Counted from the first letter of the stretch, positions 1-10,908 are shown. The stretch: 64,000 nt of DNA from an uncultured Spirochaetota bacterium (GCA_963835575.1 CAWIGG010000002.1:1312001-1376000), one strand, 5' to 3'. Translations and numbers: made by a program. Notes: generated by a model not told the origin, from the letters alone.

Positions 1-1971
1 ATACCCGGCTCCAAGGACAAAATCGACACTGAAGACATCATTCAAAAACTTCTTCTTATAAAAAAACTGCCGATGCAGAAAAAGGAATCGGAAATCCAGG
101 ATTACAAACTGGAAAACGACCTGATCAAGGATTTTTCAAAATACCTCAGGGACCTGGATGAAAAATCCAGGGGCCTCTATGATTTTAAATCCCCCTTCCG
201 CGAAATGGTGGGAAACTCTTCAGACGCCTCCGTGCTTGATGTCATAGCCGGACGAAAAGCGAAAAAAGAGGATTATAAAATCTTTGTCATGCAGACAGCC
301 AAGCCGGATTCTTTTATGAGCGCCTCGACCCCGAAAAATAAAGCGCTGCCGCCATGCAGCTTCACGATCAGTATAGGCGGCACTGTTTATAAATTCAAAT
401 TCTCCGGCGGCACCATAATCCAGCTTGCCGATTCGCTTCAGCAGCAGGCCCAGGACGCGCTGGACATCCGTCTTGTAAACGATACCGCTTCCACGGCCGT
501 ACTGGTCATCAGCGGAAAACAGACCGGTGAAAAAAACAAGCTGAAATTCGACGGCGATGTCAAAGCCCTGATGGATATCAATCTGCTGGGCTTTAGCGAC
601 GCGAAAACCGACGACCGGAAGATTGATTTCAGCCGTATTGTGGCAAAATCCGCCAATCCCATCAACGCTACAGCGAGAAGCGTTGAATTGAAGCCCGGCG
701 ATGAAGGCGAAGTCGGCCTGTCCGATGAAAATATAAAGGTTGAAGACAATTCCATTCTCTATTTTAACGCCCGGATCGATCCGTTTAATCCGGAAGCCGC
801 CCTGTCCAACGTCGATCTGACCAATCTGGACATTTCACTCATGGAGCCGGTCAAGGTCAGCAATGTCACAGTGGCCGGCGGAAGCCTCATTACATTTTAT
901 GAGGAAAAAAAGGAACTGCCGCCTCTGGTCAGCAATTTTACCGAAATCCTGACGCTTAATTTCACCGACGGCACAGTCAAAACATATTTCATAGACGCTT
1001 CCGGCATGTTCAGCAACGCTTTGACCACTTATAAAGGAAAGACAGTTGAGAAAGCGGTTGTCCGGAATAAAAACACGGACCGTGAATTCATCATTTCAGA
1101 CGCGAGGATAGTCACAAAGATATCCGAAGGCGGGCTCCAGCCGAAAAACACCATCAGCAAGGCCTGCGACGCGATCATCAGCTTTGACGGAGTCGAAGTG
1201 AGAAGGGACAAAAATACCATTGAAGACCTTGTTGACGGCGTTACTTTAAATTTAAAGAATGAATCGAAAGACCCCGTCATGGTCAATATTGACCACGATT
1301 ATAAAAAGGTGGAGGATGCCGTACTGGCATGGGTGGACAGCTATAATAAAGCCATGGAATTTCTCTTTATCATCACAAAACCCAACCAGGACCGCACGCC
1401 CCTCAGCCAGAGAACCCCTGAAACCATGAAAGACGGCGTTTTTCAGACTGAAACCACATTACTGATCCTCAGGAATAAACTCCGATCAATCACATCAGAG
1501 CCGTATAAGACGGTTTATGAAAAAGCATTGAGCCTGCTTGAACAGATCGGGCTTTATACCAAGAAAACCGGGTCTTTCAGCTTGAGTTCAGATGAATGGA
1601 CTTCAGCCAAGATGGGCCTTCTGAATGTCGAGCTCGATAAATTCCACACGGTCCTGAAAACCAAATTTGACGGTGTTGAACAGCTGTTCGCCAATGATAC
1701 CGACGGAGACCTTGTAAAAGACTCGGGCGTCGCTGTAGCGGCCAACCAGAGCCTGAAATTAGGCATCGGCGCGGGCAGTTTTATAGATCGAAGGATAGCG
1801 TTTAATGACGCCAGAATTAAAGATGACCAGCGGGATATCGATAAAATGAACAGTGACCTTGCCAGCTATGAATTAGAGCAAAGAAAGAAATACGGCAGGA
1901 TGAACCAGGTGCTTTCCGAAACAGAAAATAAGCAGAAGTGGCTGAACAATCAGGTTAAAAGCCAGCAATAG
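1..1971 (+). CDS. fliD: Flagellar filament cap protein FliD (5' end lies before the window)
   Basis: Frame 1 is open from base 1 (IPGSKDKIDTEDIIQKLL, FliD N-terminus-like). It has NTIEDLVDGVTLNL and a C-terminal coiled coil typical of FliD_C. Confidence 0.9.
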   Translation: MPGSKDKIDTEDIIQKLLLIKKLPMQKKESEIQDYKLENDLIKDFSKYLRDLDEKSRGLYDFKSPFREMVGNSSDASVLDVIAGRKAKKEDYKIFVMQTAKPDSFMSASTPKNKALPPCSFTISIGGTVYKFKFSGGTIIQLADSLQQQAQDALDIRLVNDTASTAVLVISGKQTGEKNKLKFDGDVKALMDINLLGFSDAKTDDRKIDFSRIVAKSANPINATARSVELKPGDEGEVGLSDENIKVEDNSILYFNARIDPFNPEAALSNVDLTNLDISLMEPVKVSNVTVAGGSLITFYEEKKELPPLVSNFTEILTLNFTDGTVKTYFIDASGMFSNALTTYKGKTVEKAVVRNKNTDREFIISDARIVTKISEGGLQPKNTISKACDAIISFDGVEVRRDKNTIEDLVDGVTLNLKNESKDPVMVNIDHDYKKVEDAVLAWVDSYNKAMEFLFIITKPNQDRTPLSQRTPETMKDGVFQTETTLLILRNKLRSITSEPYKTVYEKALSLLEQIGLYTKKTGSFSLSSDEWTSAKMGLLNVELDKFHTVLKTKFDGVEQLFANDTDGDLVKDSGVAVAANQSLKLGIGAGSFIDRRIAFNDARIKDDQRDIDKMNSDLASYELEQRKKYGRMNQVLSETENKQKWLNNQVKSQQ

Positions 1972-1988
1972 CGAATAAGGGGCGGATT

Positions 1989-2213
1989 ATGAGCGAAGAA
2001 GGGAAAACCATCGGTAAAGTGGAAAACGGCAATATTCTTATCAGCATCATTGAGTTCAAGGATAAAAGATACCTCGACATCAGGAAATATTTCGCTGATG
2101 ATCATGAGGAACTCAAGCCGACAAAAAAAGGGATCGCTTTAAATAAGGATCAGTTTGAGTCTGTGCTCAAAATCCTCAATGAAAAAAAGGGCGATATAGA
2201 TAGTTCATTGTAA
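1989..2213 (+). CDS. PC4/YdbC-family ssDNA-binding protein
   Basis: EFKDKRYLDIRKYF...LKPTKKGIAL matches the PC4 (p15) motif. Confidence 0.85.
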   Translation: MSEEGKTIGKVENGNILISIIEFKDKRYLDIRKYFADDHEELKPTKKGIALNKDQFESVLKILNEKKGDIDSSL

Positions 2214-2258
2214 AATAAATAAAAACTTATCGAAAAACAATGAATTTCAAAACAAAGT

Positions 2259-2405
2259 CCGTCTTTGCGAGCACCTTGCTTTATACTCTGCCAAAAACTT
2301 TAGTGCGAAGCAATCTGTCTGCAAATAAAGCAATCTAATGATTTGACAGATTGCTTCGCGCTGTAGTCAGTGGCAAAGGAAATATCCGGTTGCTCGCAAA
2401 GACGG
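2259..2405. repeat. Palindromic REP/RPE-like element, copy 1
   Basis: GTCTTTGCGAGC...GCGAAGCAATCT...AGATTGCTTCGC...GCTCGCAAAGAC. Related copies at 13617 (inverted) and 40328. Confidence 0.8.
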
Positions 2406-2410
2406 CTTTA

Positions 2411-3034
2411 TCACTTATCCTTTTTCCAGTACATTTTCCAGTATTTTTCCATAAGGACGACCGTTTCCTGATCAAGAGGGTTGCCGCTTTTTTTCAGATT
2501 GTTAATGATAAGGCGGAGCTTGCCCTCGCTGAGCTGCTGGCCGAATTTAAATTTGGCTGTCATATCCGTAATCTCGATTTTAATGACCGCAGTTCTCGCC
2601 AGCATATTCTTGTAATCATGTTTGTCTTCTTCAATTTTTTCATAATGTCCTTCAGGCTGAAAAACCCGCATCATTTCATTCAGAACATTGATCTTTTCCT
2701 CCATCGCTTCCACAATTTCAGCTCTGCCGTTTATCATAACAGATTTATAAAGCTGGCTGGCGGAACAGGCCATATCGGCATCCAGAAAATAGGAAGGAAT
2801 GTAGGAATATTCCTTAATGACCGTAAACTGCACGGAAGGCTCCGTCCGGATAATATCCATTTTCTTCCCTTCAAGCGATGAATGAAAGTAGATGGATTTC
2901 TGGAAATAGATGTAATTTAAAGGGACCGCGTACGGTTTCTCTTCATTAATAAGGGCCAGTATACCTATCCTGCATTTTTTCAAGAAATCATTAATGTCCG
3001 TTTGATCAGTCACATTAAATTCTTCTCTTCTCAA
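2411..3034 (-). CDS. Pyridoxamine 5'-phosphate oxidase-like / NimA-family flavin-binding protein
   Basis: PYAVPLNY..IYFHSS.EGKK..YKSVMINGRA..MTAKFKFGQ. Confidence 0.8.
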   Translation of the reverse strand: MRREEFNVTDQTDINDFLKKCRIGILALINEEKPYAVPLNYIYFQKSIYFHSSLEGKKMDIIRTEPSVQFTVIKEYSYIPSYFLDADMACSASQLYKSVMINGRAEIVEAMEEKINVLNEMMRVFQPEGHYEKIEEDKHDYKNMLARTAVIKIEITDMTAKFKFGQQLSEGKLRLIINNLKKSGNPLDQETVVLMEKYWKMYWKKDK

Positions 3035-3042
3035 TTAAACCT

Positions 3043-4773
3043 CTATTTTGCCTTTTTTTCTTTCTTGGCCCATGTATCCGACAGAGAGACGGTCCTGTTG
3101 AATACAATCTTACCCTCCGCGCTGTCCATGTCAGCGCAGAAATAACCCTGGCGGAGGAACTGGAAGCGTTCGCCCGGCTTTACTTCTGAGAGTGAAGGCT
3201 CCGCCTTGCAGTTCTTTATGACAACCAGTGAATTTTGATTAATGGTATTTTTATAATCCTGACCGTCCTTTTCCTCGCCCGGATTTTCTAATATAAAAAG
3301 ATGGTCATAGAGCCTGACTTCCATATCCACGGCATGTCCGGCGGAAACCCAATGGGATGTTCCCATGACCTTGCGCCCGTCAGAAGACCAGCCGCCCTTT
3401 GATTCCGGATCATAAGTGCAGTGAAGCTCCAGTATTTCCCCGGTTTTTTTGTCCTTGATAACATCAACGCATTTAATATAATAAGCATGCTTCAGGCGTA
3501 TCTCCCTCCCGGGAGCGAGGCGGAAAAAATCCTTCGGCGGGTCTTCGCGGAAATCTTCCTTTTCTATATAGATGACTTTAGAAAACGGCACTTTCCTTTT
3601 GCCTGTTTCCGGGTCCTCCGGATTATTATCGGCGTCAAATTCCTCAACCTGACCTTCAGGATAATTATCGATGACAACGCGGAGCGGGTTCAGTACGGCC
3701 ATCCTGCGGAGGGCCCTTTTATTGAGGTCTTCCCTCAGACAGTGCTCCAGAAGGGCTATATCGACGATGCTGTTCGCCTTGGCCACGCCGATGCGGTCGC
3801 AGAACTCACGGATCGCCTCGGGCGTATAACCGCGCCTGCGCAGGCCGGAAAGCGTAGGCATCCTCGGGTCGTCCCAGCCGCTGACAAAATTGCCCTTGAC
3901 GAGCTCCAGAAGCTTGCGCTTGCTCATAACGGTATGATTGAGGTTCAGCCTGGCGAACTCGATCTGCTTCGGCCTCGGCTTGAACTTGAGCGTGTCCAGG
4001 GTCCAGTCGTACAGGGGCCTGTGATCCTCGAATTCAAGGGTGCAGATGGAATGCGTGATCCCCTCCAGCGCGTCTGAAATGGGATGGGCGTAATCGTACA
4101 TAGGGTAGACGCACCATTTGTCCCCGGTCCTGTGATGCGTGCTGCGGAGGATGCGGTATATGACAGGGTCGCGCATATTCAGGTTCGGCGACGCCATATC
4201 GATCTTCGCGCGGAGAGTGCGCGAACCGTCCGGGAATTCACCGGCCTTCATTCCCTCGAACAGCTTGAGGTTCTCTTCAGCGCTCCTGTTCCGGAAAGGG
4301 CTTTCCTTTCCGGGTTCTTTTAATGTCCCGCGGTATTCCCTGACCTGGTCGGCCGACAGGTCGCAGACATAGGCCTTTCCCATTTTGATCAGTTCCACCG
4401 CGTAATTGTATAATTCGCCGTAATAATCGGAAGCGTAAAAAAGCCGGTCCTGCCAATAGAAACCGAGCCACTTGACGTCTTCCATGATCGATTCCACGTA
4501 TTCGATGTCCTCTTTGGATGGATTGGTGTCGTCAAAGCGGAGATTGCAGAGACCGTTATTATTGGCCGCCGTGCCGAAATTCAGGCAGATGGACTTGGCA
4601 TGCCCGATATGGAGGTAGCCGTTCGGCTCCGGTGGAAAACGCGTGTGCACCTTGCCGCCGTAGGTATTATTCTTCATATCCTCGTTGATGATCAATTGAA
4701 TAAAATTAGTGGGAAGGGAGCTTTCCCCCTCCGGCTTTATCTCATTTTTATTAAACTCTTCATTTTTATTCAT
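3043..4773 (-). CDS. glnS: Glutaminyl-tRNA synthetase
   Basis: [18 protein letters not shown] (HIGH), [16 protein letters not shown]. Confidence 0.97.
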   Translation of the reverse strand: MNKNEEFNKNEIKPEGESSLPTNFIQLIINEDMKNNTYGGKVHTRFPPEPNGYLHIGHAKSICLNFGTAANNNGLCNLRFDDTNPSKEDIEYVESIMEDVKWLGFYWQDRLFYASDYYGELYNYAVELIKMGKAYVCDLSADQVREYRGTLKEPGKESPFRNRSAEENLKLFEGMKAGEFPDGSRTLRAKIDMASPNLNMRDPVIYRILRSTHHRTGDKWCVYPMYDYAHPISDALEGITHSICTLEFEDHRPLYDWTLDTLKFKPRPKQIEFARLNLNHTVMSKRKLLELVKGNFVSGWDDPRMPTLSGLRRRGYTPEAIREFCDRIGVAKANSIVDIALLEHCLREDLNKRALRRMAVLNPLRVVIDNYPEGQVEEFDADNNPEDPETGKRKVPFSKVIYIEKEDFREDPPKDFFRLAPGREIRLKHAYYIKCVDVIKDKKTGEILELHCTYDPESKGGWSSDGRKVMGTSHWVSAGHAVDMEVRLYDHLFILENPGEEKDGQDYKNTINQNSLVVIKNCKAEPSLSEVKPGERFQFLRQGYFCADMDSAEGKIVFNRTVSLSDTWAKKEKKAK

Positions 4774-4889
4774 AACTTATTTCCCCTTTATTTTTTTACA
4801 AAATAATTGATGCTGCAATTCTTTATTATAATATCCTATTATTCTTAAGTTTGATTAGGCTTTCCAGACTGTATTAAAAGTTTAAAAAC

Positions 4890-5040
4890 GCTCCCTGAGT
4901 GTGTCCTCCCTGCTTTTACGCTTGTACTTGCGGTGAGCTTGCCGAATCCGTCGAAGGGAGCATATGTTAATGTTCCCTTCGATACAATTTGCCTTCGGCA
5001 AATCACACTTCGATGAACTCAGTGCGGCGCTCAGGGAACG
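4890..5040. repeat. Nested palindromic repeat cluster (CCCTGAG/GTCGAAGGG, GGTGAGCTTGCCGAA family)
   Basis: CCCTGAG...GTCGAAGGGA paired with TCCCTTCGA...CTCAGGGA, each arm carrying inserted mini-hairpins. Confidence 0.65.
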
Positions 5041-5212
5041 ATCTTTCACATAGTCTGATCGCTTAAAACATGTAACATTTATGATAACTCTAGATTTAAT
5101 CGGAATTTCTAAGATTACTTTCCGTAATATTATCCATAAAATATTTATTATATAAATATTTTAAATGATTCCCGAGGATTTCTCAATTATTGTTCATATC
5201 GGCAGGCCGAAC

Positions 5213-5241
5213 TTGAAATAATTCCACAGGCACTCTAAAAT
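5213..5241 (+). promoter_or_regulatory. Putative sigma70 promoter for gltX
   Basis: TTGAAA-N17-TAAAAT upstream of an AGGAG RBS. Confidence 0.5.
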
Positions 5242-5266
5242 AATAGGATTGTAAAAGGAGTATTGA

Positions 5267-6727
5267 ATGATCAGAACACGCTTTGCGCCGTCGCCGACGG
5301 GAAAACTTCATGTCGGAAACGTCAGGACCGCTTTATTCGCCTATCTTTACGCTAAACACACGAACGGGAAATTCGTCCTGCGGATTGAAGACACGGATAT
5401 GGACCGCTCGCACCCCGAGTACACCGAAAAGCTGATGAACGACCTCCTCTGGCTCGGCCTGGAATGGGACGAAGGCCCGAGGAAAGGCGGCCCCGCCGGC
5501 AGCTACCTGCAGAGCGAACGGCTTCCCATATATAATGAATACGCGCAGAAACTCATCCAGGAAGGCCGCGCCTTCCACTGCTACTGTACTCCTGAGGAAG
5601 TTGAGGAGAGAAAAGCGAAGCTGACCGCCGAAGGCAAACCTCCGGTTTACGACGGCAAATGCCGGCATCTAAAGCCGGCGCAGGTCAAAAAGTTCGAAGC
5701 CGAGGGGCGCAAGCCCGTCGTCCGCTTCATCGCCTATGATGAGGACTTCAGTTTTGAGGACAAGGTCAAAGGGCTCGTGAAATTCCCGAAAGGAATGGTC
5801 GGCGATTTTGTTATCGTCAGGGCCAACGGCGTTCCCGTTTATAACTACGCCGTGGTCGTGGACGACGCGCTGATGCAGATCACGCATGTGCTGAGGGCCG
5901 ACGAGCATCTTTCCAACACCGTGCGCCAACTGATGCTCTACAAGGCGCTCGGCTTTGAAGCGCCTTTGTTCGCCCATATGGCGCTTGTTCTGGGAACTGA
6001 CAAGCAGAAACTCTCCAAGAGGCATGGAGCGACGAGCGTCGACGAATTCCAGAACCTCGGCTACCTTCCGGACGCGCTTATCAACTACCTCGCCCTTCTC
6101 GGCTGGTCCAGCCCGGACGGCAAGGAAATACTTTCCCGGGAAGAGCTTATCAAGCTTTTCGATATCAGCCGCCTTTCGCCCAGCCCGGCGGTTTTCGACA
6201 CCGCCAAAATGGACTGGATCGCCAAGCATTATATCATCAATGAAGATATCGAGAAAATATATGAGATAGCCGTCCCTTTTATCAAACAAACCGGACTGAT
6301 CGACGACAATTATCTTCATACATTTGATAACCGCGCCTTCCTCAAGGGCGTGCTGGAACTGACGCGCGGGTACTGCTCGCACCTTTCCGAGATCAAGGCC
6401 CATATCAGCTACTTCCTGACGGACGAGTTTGAAATAAGCGAAGACGCCATGGCCGTCCTTAAGAAACCGGAATCGGGCAAGGTCATCGATAAATTCGACG
6501 AGCTGATCGGGAATGAAAGCCGCGATATCACCGAGGAGGTCTTCACCGGGATCATCACAAAGATCATAAGCGAAACCGGGATCAAGGGTAAAAACCTCTT
6601 TCTCCCCCTCCGTGCCGCGCTGACCGGACGGACGCAGGGACCGGAAACCTATTTTCTCATCCCCGTTATCGGTAAAGAAAGAACGCAAAAGCGCCTGAAA
6701 AAGGCGTCGGCGTTCTCAAAAGCATAA
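5267..6727 (+). CDS. gltX: Glutamyl-tRNA synthetase
   Basis: RTRFAPSPTGKLHVGN, LRIEDTD, KLSKRHGA. Confidence 0.97.
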   Translation: MIRTRFAPSPTGKLHVGNVRTALFAYLYAKHTNGKFVLRIEDTDMDRSHPEYTEKLMNDLLWLGLEWDEGPRKGGPAGSYLQSERLPIYNEYAQKLIQEGRAFHCYCTPEEVEERKAKLTAEGKPPVYDGKCRHLKPAQVKKFEAEGRKPVVRFIAYDEDFSFEDKVKGLVKFPKGMVGDFVIVRANGVPVYNYAVVVDDALMQITHVLRADEHLSNTVRQLMLYKALGFEAPLFAHMALVLGTDKQKLSKRHGATSVDEFQNLGYLPDALINYLALLGWSSPDGKEILSREELIKLFDISRLSPSPAVFDTAKMDWIAKHYIINEDIEKIYEIAVPFIKQTGLIDDNYLHTFDNRAFLKGVLELTRGYCSHLSEIKAHISYFLTDEFEISEDAMAVLKKPESGKVIDKFDELIGNESRDITEEVFTGIITKIISETGIKGKNLFLPLRAALTGRTQGPETYFLIPVIGKERTQKRLKKASAFSKA

Positions 6728-6938
6728 AATTAACTGGAAAATGGAAGACAGTAAGATAGCCGAAAAACTTAATAACAAATAATTTCACACAGAGTTCACG
6801 GAGTTTCCGTTTGGTAAATTTCTCTCTTTATTTAAAATTTAAAATATCTCTGTGAGCTCTGTGAGAAAAATGAATAATAATCAGTAGAGTTTTAAAATCT
6901 AAATTCAATAAACAATATTGTAAGTGAAGGAAAAAAAT

Positions 6939-7988
6939 ATGAAACTGCACCATATCGGCATCGAAGTCAAAGACAGCTACAAAATGGAACTGTTCTATAG
7001 AAAGTATTTTCAATTCAAAACCGTCTACCGCTATGTCAGCGTCCATCAGCAGGGCCTCCGGACCGTCATTCTCGAAAAGGACGGATTCCATATTGAGCTT
7101 ATGGAAAGGCCCGAAAATGAAATGAATACAAAAAAAGCCTTTCATATTTCGCTCGAGGCGAAAGACGTCCGGTCGGAATATTCCCGTCTGAAATCCCTGG
7201 AAGCGGCCGGTATAAAAGAACCGCGAGAAACAGGCGACGGATTCCTGGAAATGGAACTTAAAGACCCCGAGGGGAATATTATCGAGATTTCCAGAAGGAT
7301 TAAGCCCGTCCCCTGCTGCCCCATCAAAGCTGTCATCTTCGACCTCGACGGGACCGTCATCGACAGCGAGGGGAATTATTACGAGGCCGACAAGCTGATG
7401 ATGACCGATTACGGTGTCCCTTTCACGAAGGAAATGAAAAACAGGTACGTCGGCACCGGCAACCTGGAGATGATCAAGGACATCCGCAAACAATACGATA
7501 TAAAAGATTCCGTCGAGAACATGCTGAATAAGAAAAACGACTATTACCTTCAGATCGCCCGGACAAATACTCATGTCTTCACGGAAATGAAAAAGTTCAT
7601 TGAGCTACTTAAAAAGGCCGGATATAAACTGGCCATAGCCTCCGGCTCATCACCCCGGATACTTGACGAAATCATAGCCCTGACGGGGATTCAGGACTAT
7701 TTTTCAGCCGTCGTATCAGCCGAGACGTCTGCCAGGGGCAAACCCGCGCCTGACGTTTTCCTGGATGCGGCGCGCCGCTTGAAAATAGAGCCGCAATACT
7801 GCGCCGTCGTCGAGGATTCGCAGTACGGCGTCGAAGCGGCAAAAAGGGCTTTTATGCCGTGCATAGCCATTCCTTATATAACGCAGGCGCCGCTCGCGGA
7901 CAGCTTTTATATGGCGGAGCTTCTTTTTGAAAAAGGCATCAGCGCATTTAATACGAAGAAAGCCTTTAAGTGGGTACGCTCTTTCTAG
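6939..7988 (+). CDS. VOC/glyoxalase domain fused to a HAD-family (beta-PGM/CbbY-like) phosphatase
   Basis: N-terminal KLHHIGI..FHISL..KDPEGNIIE (VOC). C-terminal FDLDGTVIDS, GKPAPDVF, VEDSQYG (HAD motifs). Confidence 0.85.
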   Translation: MKLHHIGIEVKDSYKMELFYRKYFQFKTVYRYVSVHQQGLRTVILEKDGFHIELMERPENEMNTKKAFHISLEAKDVRSEYSRLKSLEAAGIKEPRETGDGFLEMELKDPEGNIIEISRRIKPVPCCPIKAVIFDLDGTVIDSEGNYYEADKLMMTDYGVPFTKEMKNRYVGTGNLEMIKDIRKQYDIKDSVENMLNKKNDYYLQIARTNTHVFTEMKKFIELLKKAGYKLAIASGSSPRILDEIIALTGIQDYFSAVVSAETSARGKPAPDVFLDAARRLKIEPQYCAVVEDSQYGVEAAKRAFMPCIAIPYITQAPLADSFYMAELLFEKGISAFNTKKAFKWVRSF

Positions 7989-8411
7989 GATTTGCCACGG
8001 AGGCACAGAAAGCGCGGAGATCGCTTTCACCTCAATTCTTTACAGCTATAAAAAAAGATTTTTATAAACAACTCCTTCATATAATATCCGATTCTGCACA
8101 CGGATGACGCGGATGCAGCGGATTTTAAAGGATTTAGTTTTATGCTGAGTGGCTTTTTAATTCAATCCAGGCTTTAATAAACCGAGGGCACAAAGGGAGA
8201 CGGAAGGATTGGACAGGTGGGCTACGCCCGGCGGACAAAATATTTTATGGAAGTGCCCCGCTTTTATTTGATTAAAGCTGTCGTAATGACCCCAATTTCA
8301 CAGGATTTTCACGGATGAAAGCGGATGGATTCGGCAAGACTTCGGCAGGCTCAGTCCGACGGCTCACCACAAGTTTTCACGGATTATCTATAAATTCACA
8401 ATTTATCTGAT

Positions 8412-8441
8412 TTGACATAATGAGTTATCATGATATAAAAT
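8412..8441 (+). promoter_or_regulatory. Putative sigma70 promoter of TA module 1
   Basis: TTGACA followed 16-18 nt later by TATAAA/TAAAAT. Confidence 0.45.
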
Positions 8442-8461
8442 TAATGATAGGAGATAATGAT

Positions 8462-8662
8462 ATGCTCATATCAGAAATACCGGTTGAAAAGGAAACAAGA
8501 GATTCCGTTACCATATCAAAAAAAAGCTGGAGGAAAATTGAAAAAGAATTGGGCAGGGAGCGTAAGAATCTGACCAAAAACGACCTTAAAAAGTTCGCTG
8601 GAAAATTAAGTCTGCCGGGTGATCCTCTCAAATATCAAAAGAGGATCAGAAATGAATGGTAG
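8462..8662 (+). CDS. Putative antitoxin (VapB-like)
   Basis: Small ORF after AGGAGA, ending DPLKYQKRIRNEW and overlapping the PIN gene. Confidence 0.7.
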   Translation: MLISEIPVEKETRDSVTISKKSWRKIEKELGRERKNLTKNDLKKFAGKLSLPGDPLKYQKRIRNEW

Positions 8663-9011
8663 CCTTGTACTGCTTGACACGAATATTGTATTATACATTC
8701 TAAGTAATAAATATGATATGAATAAACTTCCTGACAGTAAATTTTGCGTATCTTTCATAACTGAAATGGAATTATTATCCTATCCCAAGTTAAAAGATAA
8801 AGAAGATAAAATAATACGCAAATTCCTGAATTCCATTGATATTATTGAAATGAACGAAATCATAAAAGAAAAAGCCATTCAATTTCGTAAAAAATATCAT
8901 CTCAAGCTTCCCGACGCAATCATCTGTTCCACAGCGTATTCGGAAAAAGCCGTTCTTATCACGAATGACACTTCATTAAGAAAAGTTAAAGAGATTGAAG
9001 TTTTGAAATAA
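8652..9011 (+). CDS. vapC: PIN-domain VapC-family toxin
   Basis: LLDTNIV, ITEMELL, LKLPDAIICSTA, LITND. Confidence 0.88.
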   Translation: MNGSLVLLDTNIVLYILSNKYDMNKLPDSKFCVSFITEMELLSYPKLKDKEDKIIRKFLNSIDIIEMNEIIKEKAIQFRKKYHLKLPDAIICSTAYSEKAVLITNDTSLRKVKEIEVLK

Positions 9012-9109
9012 TGCCGCTTTATTGTACTGATCTGATTCAGCACACTGAGATGGCGGGGCCGTGCAGCTTCCCCCCGGTTAAACCGGGGGGCCAGCACGAC
9101 CACAGCAGG

Positions 9110-9520
9110 ATTGTCCGCCGACGGAAGGCAATGGCCGGAATTAATTTTTAATTTTAGCTCAAGATAATGTATTGAGCTTCTTTAAAATAAAACTATCCGC
9201 TTATCTGCTTCAGCGGCTCGGATTCTGCCTGACTGAGTCAGGCAGAGCATCTGTTCGCGGCCATACGCGGGAAACTCACCTGCCTCTTTAAAGTCATATT
9301 ATTTTTGATTCTATTTTGTACCTGTTTTAATTCTTTCTATTTTGACAAGAGGCAGGTTCAAACATTTCCCGCGTTCAAACTGGCCGCTCACAGGCAGTCC
9401 TACGCCGCTTCCGCAATAAGCTGCTTATAAATTAAAAATTCTTATTTTTATCGATATTCTTCCCAAAAATTAAAAATTAATTCCGGCCTCCAGCAGGGAG
9501 AAATCGCCGGCGGATGATAA
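9110..9520. repeat. ~400-bp imperfect fold-back (long inverted repeat)
   Basis: 9133-9155 is the exact reverse complement of 9466-9488. Nested complementary blocks continue inward (e.g. 9278-9288 with 9347-9357). Confidence 0.8.
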
Positions 9521-9876
9521 TGAAGAAAAAATAATAATATAAACGCACTTTGAGTGTTTTGGTAAATCAGATTTTCGCGGAAAAGCTTTTTTATGCTGTC
9601 CTCCTATCTGCCTGCATGTTGTCAGGCATGGCGCCATGCAGGCAATTCCGTAGGATCAGTATGATTGGCCAGGATTAACAGGAAAACATCCTTCGATGTT
9701 ATTCAGGGTGAACTCCGGCGGGAAGAATGAAATGGGGAAGCTTTGTCATGTGAATAGCATCATTGTTTATCCGGGATTTCCCAGATGAAATCTTGAAGAA
9801 TATCTGAAACCATGATATAACTAACGTACAGAGAAAGAGATAGGTTATAATGAGCAGCCAAAAAATGGAGAAATCA

Positions 9877-10815
9877 ATGGGTGAAAGCAGAAAATCGGCA
9901 TTTTGCCTAAATTTTGATAACACAATACGTCTCGAATTCCATGGAGCGACAATCACTTCAGACGCAGGCTTACTTGCATACCGTGAACTTGACCACGTAT
10001 TAGGACTCACACAAATCGCAGAACACTGTCTTTTTGATATCCGTCCTGGAAAAAATACCCGCCATTCTCTTGGTGCTCAACTACGACAGTCTGTTTTCTC
10101 AAGGATTGCCGGATACGAACGATGCAGACAGATTGTACGTTGATCCCGCAATGAGGCAGATTGTCGGAGGGCGATCTGTGGAACGAACAGCGGCATCAAC
10201 GAGCCAGATGAGCAGGTTCGAGACTGAAGTTCTAACAATACCTGATAATCTGAAAGCATTGATGCAAGTATCGGGAAAGTGGATTGACCGGATGAGAAGC
10301 ATTGAAGCCCATAAGCGGATTGTGCTGGATATGGACAGTTCGGTCAGTGAAACCTATGGGAATCAGGAAGGTTCCGCCTACAACGGTCATTTCGGCTGTA
10401 CCTGTTACCACCCGTTGTTCTGCTTTAACCAGTCAGGAGACCTTGAATCGGCCATGCTCCGTGAGGGGAATGTCCATAGCGCTCATGACTGGAAAACAAT
10501 GCTTAAACCTATTGTAGAAAGATATAGAGATCAAAATCTGGACCGATACTTCCGGGGTGATGCCGCTTTCGCGAATCCGGATATTTATGAATACCTTGAA
10601 TCTGAGAACTTCCTTTACGCGATCCGGCTTCCAGCCAACGATATTCTTCAAAAGAATATGTAAATCTTCTTAAACGCCCGGTCGGAAGGCCGTCCTTCGT
10701 TCCTGTTATGCTAAACCATGATTTCTTCTACAAGGCAGTAAGCTGGAACCGGGGACGTCGTGTGATCGCGAAGGTTGAATGGAATCGTTGGGAACTGTTC
10801 CCTCGCGTCAAATTT
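9877..10815 (+). pseudogene. IS1380 transposase pseudogene
   Basis: Frameshifts near 10115 and 10660. Truncated after ELFPRV compared with the copy at 32265-33617. Confidence 0.85.
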
Positions 10816-10879
10816 TATGAAACGGATGAATTTTACTGTTTTTCAGTCCGTCTTATACTGGAAAGATATGAAATTTATG

Positions 10880-10908
10880 TTGAAATATCCTGATAAGGTT
10901 GATAAAAT
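10880..10908 (+). promoter_or_regulatory. Outward-facing sigma70-like promoter in the IS1380 right end
   Basis: TTGAAA-N17-TAAAAT, 86 nt upstream of the GH43 start. Confidence 0.5.

Noticed and set aside
4774..5266. T-box riboswitch ahead of the tRNA synthetases
   Set aside because: No GGTGGNACCGCG T-box motif was found; the structure is explained by repeats.
3421..7574. Long antisense ORFs (e.g. 3421-4077, 5669-6688, 6828-7574)
   Set aside because: Shadow frames of conserved genes, with no recognisable motifs.
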